NCBI GenBank assembly: GCA_051294375.1
Contig: JBJCIZ010000207.1
Location: 1-5,462 of the forward strand
Source: Paraspadella gotoi
Lineage: Eukaryota > Animalia > Chaetognatha
DNA: 5,462 bases
Direction of reading: 5' to 3'
This document shows, in pieces, positions 1 through 5,462 of this stretch. The notes beneath the pieces are model-generated. The model had not been told where the DNA came from. It saw only the letters and a program-made list of their open reading frames with translations, and did not search any database. The position numbers and the translations under genes were made by a program. Position 1 is the first letter of the stretch, and each line of letters starts with the position of its first letter.

Positions 1-133
1 TTTATGACAATTTTATATACATTAAAAATTGTCATTTTTGACAAGAAAGATAAAATAATACAAAAATTGGTCATCACCATCAAATTCTACAGACTTGTTT
101 ACACTAAAATAGCTATGTACCTTATTCAATTTG

Positions 134-920
134 TTATATTTTGTTATTTTTAAACGCCCTATTGTGGGAGATGGCTGCAGCCGCGCGTGCTTCTGTGACC
201 TTGAGGTCACAGATTTCCTTGCGCAATGCTTTTGACAGTAGAAGTGAGGAGAGCTTGTCTCCTCGACATTGTTGTTGAATCCTAGCACTTGTTTTGTTCC
301 CCGTCCTAGCGTAGTGTGAAAATGATTTTGATTTCCATCTTGCAAATGGGTGCGCAGCGTTCGTAGTTGCTCAGCGATCCCGGTCAGACAAAAGAAGTTA
401 GGCATTGTTTCCAACAGCTGGACGGGTCTTCTTTTAAAGCTTGGCTCTTTGCAGGGTGTTTTTCCGTTTCTTAGACTGCAGTTCTTTAGAGCTAGTTCTG
501 TCTTCTTCTGTGAGGCTTCGGATGAAACCATCGGCGCTGCGAGCTATTGGGCCTGCGTAGTAGAGTGGAGCTGGTTATACTTTATATATACTTTATCAAG
601 TGTCGATCCTGAAAATAATAAAAAAATTTCATGAATTTAAAAATTAAACGCCTTTTTTTATAATATACATTATTCATATAAACGCGAACTCGGATTTGAG
701 AATCCGGTACTCCGATCCGAAGATTCTGGCGAAATGGATTCTCCTTTCTCCACGAGATCCGATTGACCAATCAGAGCGCAGTATTTTGCGTCATTAATTT
801 GCTCTTAAATTGACCCGCGATCAAGAAAAGCTTTGATTGAACTCGAAGGCTTTTCTATAAAAATTTTCAAATTACTTGTTTCACTATTTTCTATTTTTAT
901 ATTTTAATCTATAGTGGAGG
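134..920 (-). pseudogene. Decayed multi-exon gene, copy A (unknown product, charged/coiled-coil-like)
   Basis: Minus strand: an exon end reads ATA GTG AAA CAA|GTAATT (IVKQ, donor at 875). A GC-richer middle segment lies at ~685-841. A TTTTCAG acceptor precedes 608 and opens a GC-rich exon-like block. Protein-like stretches fall in different frames (NQL..., LKED/RPAV, IAEQLRTLRTHLQ, KALRKEICDLKVTEARAAAA...KI* ending at 134), with stops and frameshifts. Collinear similarity to 3808-4266. Confidence 0.5.
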
Positions 921-1579
921 ATAGTATTTTTAGTAGAAAATAATTCGACGCCAAGGTGAAATTGAAGGAGAATTTATTTAGTGTAACATCGAAGGGAAAG
1001 AAATAATAATAATGAGCGCGAGAATAAAATAACAATGACTTTTATATGAACTTCTTTGTTTATCAAAGTAGGAATGTAAACGAGAATGGAATTTTAGGCC
1101 GAGAGAAATATTATTTACATTTTTGTAATTTACTGAATTCTTTCTCCCAATCTTCACTCTATATTATTTAGTCAAATATATATTGCTTTCTTTTTTAAAA
1201 AGGTTTTATTTATTTAATAATTGAATTTTGGAAGGGGAAGTCAGTGTTGTGTTCTGGAAATAGAGGGAGCATCTATATTTATATCTATATCTATATTTTT
1301 TTTTATTTATTCGATATTTGTTATCACAATTGGAAATTAAGCATATAGATATTATTAGACAAATATAGATATTTCATTTAATTATTATTTTCATTTGCTG
1401 CATACAAATTAAGTATGGTTGAGTCAATATCTTGCTTTTTCAAAATTATACCACATTTTTACAAGCTCCAAATAAAAGTAGATAACCATTGCCTATTGAT
1501 ATTTATTCCTTTGAACGACCTATTAACTATTTTTTTCATTTCTCATAAGAATTAAACAATTTTGTTAAGAACGTTCTAG

Positions 1580-1888
1580 GGTCAAAAGAAATTGCCTCAA
1601 AAATATGATGCTTGTGCGGAGTACAATTTAGTATTCCCTGATCTAATACTTAAGAGAGTGTTCTTTTCATACAATTGAAACATTCTTTGAAACATTATAC
1701 CACTTCATTGATAGGGAAGCCAGGTACTCTGGGAGAAAGTCTTGATTGAAAGCTTGCAGGGACCTGCTTTGTCATTATCTTATAAGAGTGATGGAGGCCT
1801 TAAACCACCAAAGCCTGTTCAAAGTCAGGGGCAAGATAGCTTATTAAATGAATGGATAATTTTTATATTGGTTGTACCAATTTCATAA
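1580..1888 (+). other. Exon-like island of raised GC, strand uncertain
   Basis: Two same-frame open segments, 1580-1657 (GQKKLPQKYDACAEYNLVFPDLILKR) and 1715-1888 (GSQVLWEKVLIESLQGPALSLSYKSDGGLKPPKPVQSQ...*), can be joined by a 57-nt GT..AG interval. Splice sites are weak and no homology is recognised. Confidence 0.2.
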
Positions 1889-2331
1889 ACACTCAAACCT
1901 AAGGTCATTCATTAAATATTTATTCTCTCTCTCTTTCTCACTGTCTACATCATTATTAAATCTAAGGTCACAAAGTCGATTCCTCCATTATTTATTATTT
2001 AAAATATGTTATTAAATTTTTCCCCCTTAAATAATATACATCAACAGTTGAGGAATTGCAGCCTCTTTTAAAACAAAAATTTTTTTAGAGAAGTTAAATA
2101 ATTCTTATTTTTCTGTTACACAAATTATTTTTTTTATTTTTAAAATCTCTTTAAAATGAAATTATGAATATTGTAAGTCATATCTTTTCAAATACAAATC
2201 AAGCTTCAAGCAAATATACGATTAGACGAGGAAGAATTCTTTAGGAAAAAGAGTTTATCTAAGTTACAAGGGTGGGACCCTATATCGAGATAAAACTTAA
2301 CATCCTGCCCTGTCTAAACGATTTGAGATAC

Positions 2332-2352
2332 AATAATAATAATAATAATAAT
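2332..2352 (+). repeat. (AAT)7 microsatellite
   Basis: Seven perfect AAT units. Confidence 0.95.
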
Positions 2353-2498
2353 AGTGGCAAACAATAAAAGCCATACTTGTTAATATTTTTAAGTAGTCAT
2401 TTCTGAACATTGACAGGGTAATGTCTTATCGTCTGATCACCTGATTTTAAGCTTTTCATCACTACTCAAATTAAACCTATTTAATTTTTTGAGATTAT

Positions 2499-2575
2499 GA
2501 GAGAAAGAAGAGAGAGAGACATATAGAGTAAAAGAGAAAGAGTAAGTGAAAAGAGCAAAAGATTAAGAGAGAAAA
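2499..2575 (+). repeat. GA-rich low-complexity purine tract
   Basis: Almost exclusively A/G, with short (GA)n runs. Confidence 0.75.
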
Positions 2576-3035
2576 TTTAAGTATTATTTGCCTGCTTGAC
2601 CACTTTGGCTATCAGCGGGCTTTTTTTTACTTTGTTTCTGACACACTTACTTTCTGTTTTACTCTTTAATATTGTTAAAAAATCTTTTTCAATTGTTTTA
2701 AGCAAAATATTCATTATACAACTACTAGAGATATAGTGTTTTAGGTTCTGGCCATTAAGATAAAGATTTGCGGCGCTCGATATCGAAAAAACTAATCGGT
2801 TTATCAAGATTGCCGGAAAAATGCTGACTCGACATTTTTAGTTGTTGATTATTTTTTGCCCTTTGAATCTTGCACTCGGTAAAGACGATCTCAATTTTTA
2901 ATTTTGTTTACCTCTCTACTTTTCAATTTAGTTTACAATGCTTTTTATTAGTTGTACATTATTCAATGTAAAGCCTAATTTATTGCCTCTGTATTATCTC
3001 TCCCCTGATTACATTTCTTTTCCCTTCTTTATCCC

Positions 3036-3200
3036 TCAATCTGAAACTTCAGCTGTCCTCGCCCTCTAATGTTGCCTTTCCCTCAATCCTTTGTTGGAAG
3101 CTTTATCCCTTTGTCTTTTCTCTCTCTCTCTTTCTCTCTATACCAAATTTTGTAATTCAGTCTCAGCACTGATGATGAACGAAATACACGTTTGAAACAT
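3036..3200 (-). pseudogene. Possible decayed charged/coiled-coil coding fragment
   Basis: One frame from ATG at 3200 reads MFQTCISFIISAETELQNLV*REREREKRQRDKASNKGLRERQH*RARTAEVSD*. Part of the charged character comes from the (TC)6 tract at 3119-3130. Confidence 0.25.
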
Positions 3201-3807
3201 GTCTGCTACCATACAAATAAAAATTCGTTGTGAAAAACTAAAAATTGTTATTTCGTCTAATCATTCTACCAACGAAAAAAAAGATTTACAAACAATATTT
3301 ATATATTTATTTATTGTTTGCTCGAACTTGATAGTTTTTGGTAACTTGCGGTTTGTTAAATTAGTTTTTCAACATTATATTTTTTATTATATTAACTAAC
3401 TTGCAATGGAATATTCTAGTCAGGAATAAACTAATTATATTATAAAATTAAATTAAACTTGGTCAAGAAATATACGAATATTTATAAATTTTGGCGCTCC
3501 TGGAAGGGCTAAGAATTTTAAAAAGTGAAACAAAAGTATATAGAACGGAAAAAAAGAAAATGCCATTCTCTTATGATTTCTATCTTAAATTCAATCGGAT
3601 TTAAATGTGTCTATTACTTAATATAAGGAAAATGGTACAAAAGCCAGCACAAAAGTGATACTGATATTAAACATAAAAAACATAGGTTTAGGGTTTTTTT
3701 TATCATTCAAATAAATATTAAGCTTTGTAAAATTTTTAAAAAACCCAAAAAACCTACTTTTTAGTCTTGTTTTATTTTGGAGGGGGGGTGGGTTTTTTAA
3801 TGCTAAC

Positions 3808-4128
3808 CCTTGCTCCTCGCCTGTTTGGCAGCTCTGCGCAGCGATGTGGGTGTCCGTTCCGCAACTCGTCATCGATGAATCCTCTCGTCCTTTGCTGCCT
3901 CACCTTTCGGTTCTCATTCGCGGCCTTCTTCGCCTCCACGGCCTTCCTAAGGTCTTCCTCCAAAATCCTCTTCCCTTGTTTCCCGCTCTTCGTCTTCTGC
4001 CCGATGTCGACGTTTGGAAACTCGAAGAGCTTTTCTTGCAGGTTCATTAAAGTTTGCTAAGTTTTTAGCCGATCTGCTAACAGCTGATTCCGGCTTTATA
4101 ATTCACTTTGTCGGTCTGTCGGTCACAC
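3808..4128 (-). pseudogene. Copy B, coiled-coil-like exon with three in-frame stops
   Basis: Bounded by TTTTAAG| before 4128 and |GTTAGC after 3808; 321 nt = 107 codons. Reads V*PTDRQSEL*SRNQLLADRLKT*QTLMNLQEKLFE...RILEEDLRKAVEAKKAANENRKVRQQR...RRGAR. Stops: TGA 4123-4125, TAA 4096-4098, TAG 4057-4059. Contains most of the supplied 3772..4047 ORF. Confidence 0.55.
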
Positions 4129-4252
4129 CTTAAAATCTTGTCCAAAAATCAAATTATGTTAAATGATGTGGGTAAAAAAATGTGTGATTGAGCTGGAAAT
4201 TAAGTTTCGAGGGAATCGTCCAAGTAGAAATGAGTTTAATTGAAAAAAAAAC

Positions 4253-4382
4253 CTGTTTCACTATTTGATTATGCCTTTTTATGATTTTGTGACGATGGTC
4301 CTCATAAACGATGTTGTCATCGTCGTCGTCGGTATTCCAAATTATAGATCNNNNNNNNNNNNNNNNNNNNNNNNNGTCTTTT
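4253..4382 (-). pseudogene. Copy B, upstream acidic exon (spans the N gap)
   Basis: 4348->4253 reads open as SIIWNTDDDDDNIVYEDHRHKIIKRHNQIVKQ, followed by CAG|GTTTTT (donor at 4252). Candidate acceptors are TATTAG| before 4382 and TTTTCAG| before 4402. Confidence 0.5.
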
Positions 4383-4628
4383 CTAATATTAATTTTATGA
4401 AGCTGAAAATTTAGTTATATATTCTCATCATCAAGGTCCTTGAAAACTGATTAGGTGATACACTAAATGTGATTTGTTTTACATTTTATATAAACATAAC
4501 AAATTTCTTTATTTATATGTCTCTTTCTCTCTCTCTTTTTTCTTTTTTTAATTAATTCATTTTTTCTCACTCGCTGTTTTTTCTGATTTGTCAAAAACGA
4601 GTGTCAGCATTGAACTAGTGATTGTAAG
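4312..4628 (+). repeat. Direct repeat, copy 1 (~290 bp excluding Ns)
   Basis: Aligns with 5164-5462. The first 39 bp are identical; the rest has scattered substitutions and small indels (roughly 85-90% identity by eye). Confidence 0.95.
4351..4375. other. Assembly gap (25 N)
   Basis: Run of 25 n characters. Confidence 1.
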
Positions 4629-4840
4629 CATCGCAGTCTTGCATTTTACCATTTTTTTCCCTTTTTTATTTCTTTATCTCTCACACATTTATTCATCCAA
4701 TTTTTACAATCAAATTAATTCAAATAAATTCGTTCAATTTAATTACTTCAGTTCTTACTTTTAAATTTATTCACTTAGTGCAATTTATTTATCTCAATTC
4801 TTTCATTATCATTAATTTAAATTAAATTAATTTAAATATA

Positions 4841-4886
4841 ATTCATTCATTCAATTTATTCATTCATTCATTTCATTCAATTTATT
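4841..4886 (+). repeat. Imperfect (ATTC)n tetranucleotide repeat
   Basis: ATTCATTCATTCAATTTATTCATTCATTCATTTCATTCAATTTATT, next to an AT-only tract at ~4811-4843. Confidence 0.85.
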
Positions 4887-4905
4887 TGGATGTGATATAT
4901 AAAAC

Positions 4906-5065
4906 TTAGTTTTCCTGTATCAATATGATTTTGTGGCGGTATATTCACACCGCCTCACATCCTCATCCATCGTTCAGCCAATCCCATTGGTTCAAGGGGG
5001 AACGCTCCTTCCTAGGCGTTGCATTCCATCCACAGTAAGGTGTAGTGAAAGTTACATACGAAATT
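4906..5065 (-). pseudogene. Diverged third copy of the acidic exon
   Basis: TTTTAG| before 5065 and |GTTTT after 4906. With frameshifts it reads WLND-DED...CE-YRHKII, versus WNTDDDDD...YEDHRHKII in copy B. The 12-mer TATGATTTTGTG is identical at 4924-4935 and 4280-4291. Confidence 0.4.
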
Positions 5066-5163
5066 CTAAAAGTCAATTATGAACAAGATACCATCAGTGA
5101 ACATTAATTTGTAAAAAAAATTAATTTCATGTTTTTATTAATTTTCGGCAGTATCTCTCTCTT

Positions 5164-5462
5164 TGTTGTCATCGTCGTCGTCGGTATTCCAAATTATAGA
5201 TCGCCTTTTCTAATATTAATTGTATGAAGCTGAAAATTTAGATATATATTCTCATCATCAAGGTCCTTGAAAACTGATTAGGTGCTACACTAAATGTGAT
5301 TTGTTTACATTTTATATAAACAAAACAAATTTCTTTTATTTATATGTCTCTTTCTCTCTTTCTTTTTTCTTTTTTTAATTATATGTAGCTCTTTTTTTCT
5401 CAGTCGCTGCCTTTTCTAATTCGTTCAAAAACGAGTGTCAGCATTGAACTAGTGATGTTAAG
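5164..5462 (+). repeat. Direct repeat, copy 2 (runs off the window end)
   Basis: TGTTGTCATCGTCGTCGTCGGTATTCCAAATTATAGATC...AAAAACGAGTGTCAGCATTGAACTAGTGAT is shared with 4312-4628. Confidence 0.95.

Noticed and set aside
530-581. Minus-strand SI/PAPLYYAGPIARSA, resembling the Argonaute PIWI C-terminal motif (human AGO2 SIPAPAYYAHLVAFRAR)
   Set aside because: It needs a frameshift, lacks the conserved His and Arg, and has no other PIWI sequence upstream. Alignment to copy B favours a different frame (NQL). A PIWI HMM search would settle it.
350-634. Supplied plus-strand ORFs 350..634, 3767..4060 and 3844..4050
   Set aside because: They are antisense shadows of the minus-strand exon-like blocks, with no recognisable protein features.
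2270-2352. SINE/LINE 3' tail ending in (AAT)7
   Set aside because: No target-site duplication, pol III boxes or reverse-transcriptase remnant is visible.
2777-2838. Palindrome TCGATATCGA (2777-2786) and Maf-like half site AAAAATGCTGAC
   Set aside because: Single short motifs are expected by chance, and no adjacent supported gene start is present.
3199-3399. Supplied ORFs 3199..3399, 582..770, 3618..3872 and most of 2577..2807
   Set aside because: Short, rich in I/F/K/N/Y as expected from AT-rich non-coding DNA, and some run through apparent introns.
3601-3660. Candidate terminal exon of copy B (TATCAG|YHFCAGFCTIFLILSNRHI*) giving a hydrophobic tail
   Set aside because: Phase-compatible, but the hydrophobic run is short, expected from T-rich DNA, and has no counterpart in copy A.
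3779-3792. G-rich run GGAGGGGGGGTGGG as a G-quadruplex
   Set aside because: Too few G3 tracts for a canonical intramolecular quadruplex.
3036-4128. TAA/TAG = Gln (ciliate-type code), since several stops read well as Q
   Set aside because: In-frame TGA stops and frameshifts also occur, so ordinary pseudogene decay by C>T change is the simpler explanation.
1-5462. CRISPR array, tRNA, rRNA, snRNA, SL RNA, telomeric repeats or terminal inverted repeats
   Set aside because: I found no regularly spaced repeats, diagnostic RNA motifs or long terminal inverted repeats on either strand.

Overview
AT-rich eukaryotic genomic DNA. The TTTTCAG/TTTTAG/TTTTAAG-type splice acceptors and short candidate introns suggest a nematode, but this is inference. 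There is one 25-N assembly gap. I recognise no intact gene, RNA gene, CRISPR array or named transposase. The GC-richer islands on the minus strand appear related to each other. Regions ~134-920 and ~3808-4382 share several collinear sequence anchors and matching splice-site positions, so they look like two old, decayed paralogs of an unidentified multi-exon gene: an acidic 'W..DDDD...RHKII...IVKQ|GT' exon followed by a charged, coiled-coil-like exon. A third diverged copy of the acidic exon lies at ~4906-5065. A recent ~300-bp direct duplication (4312-4628 / 5164-5462) re-copies the 5' part of that exon and its upstream flank. All alignments were made by eye and need computational confirmation.
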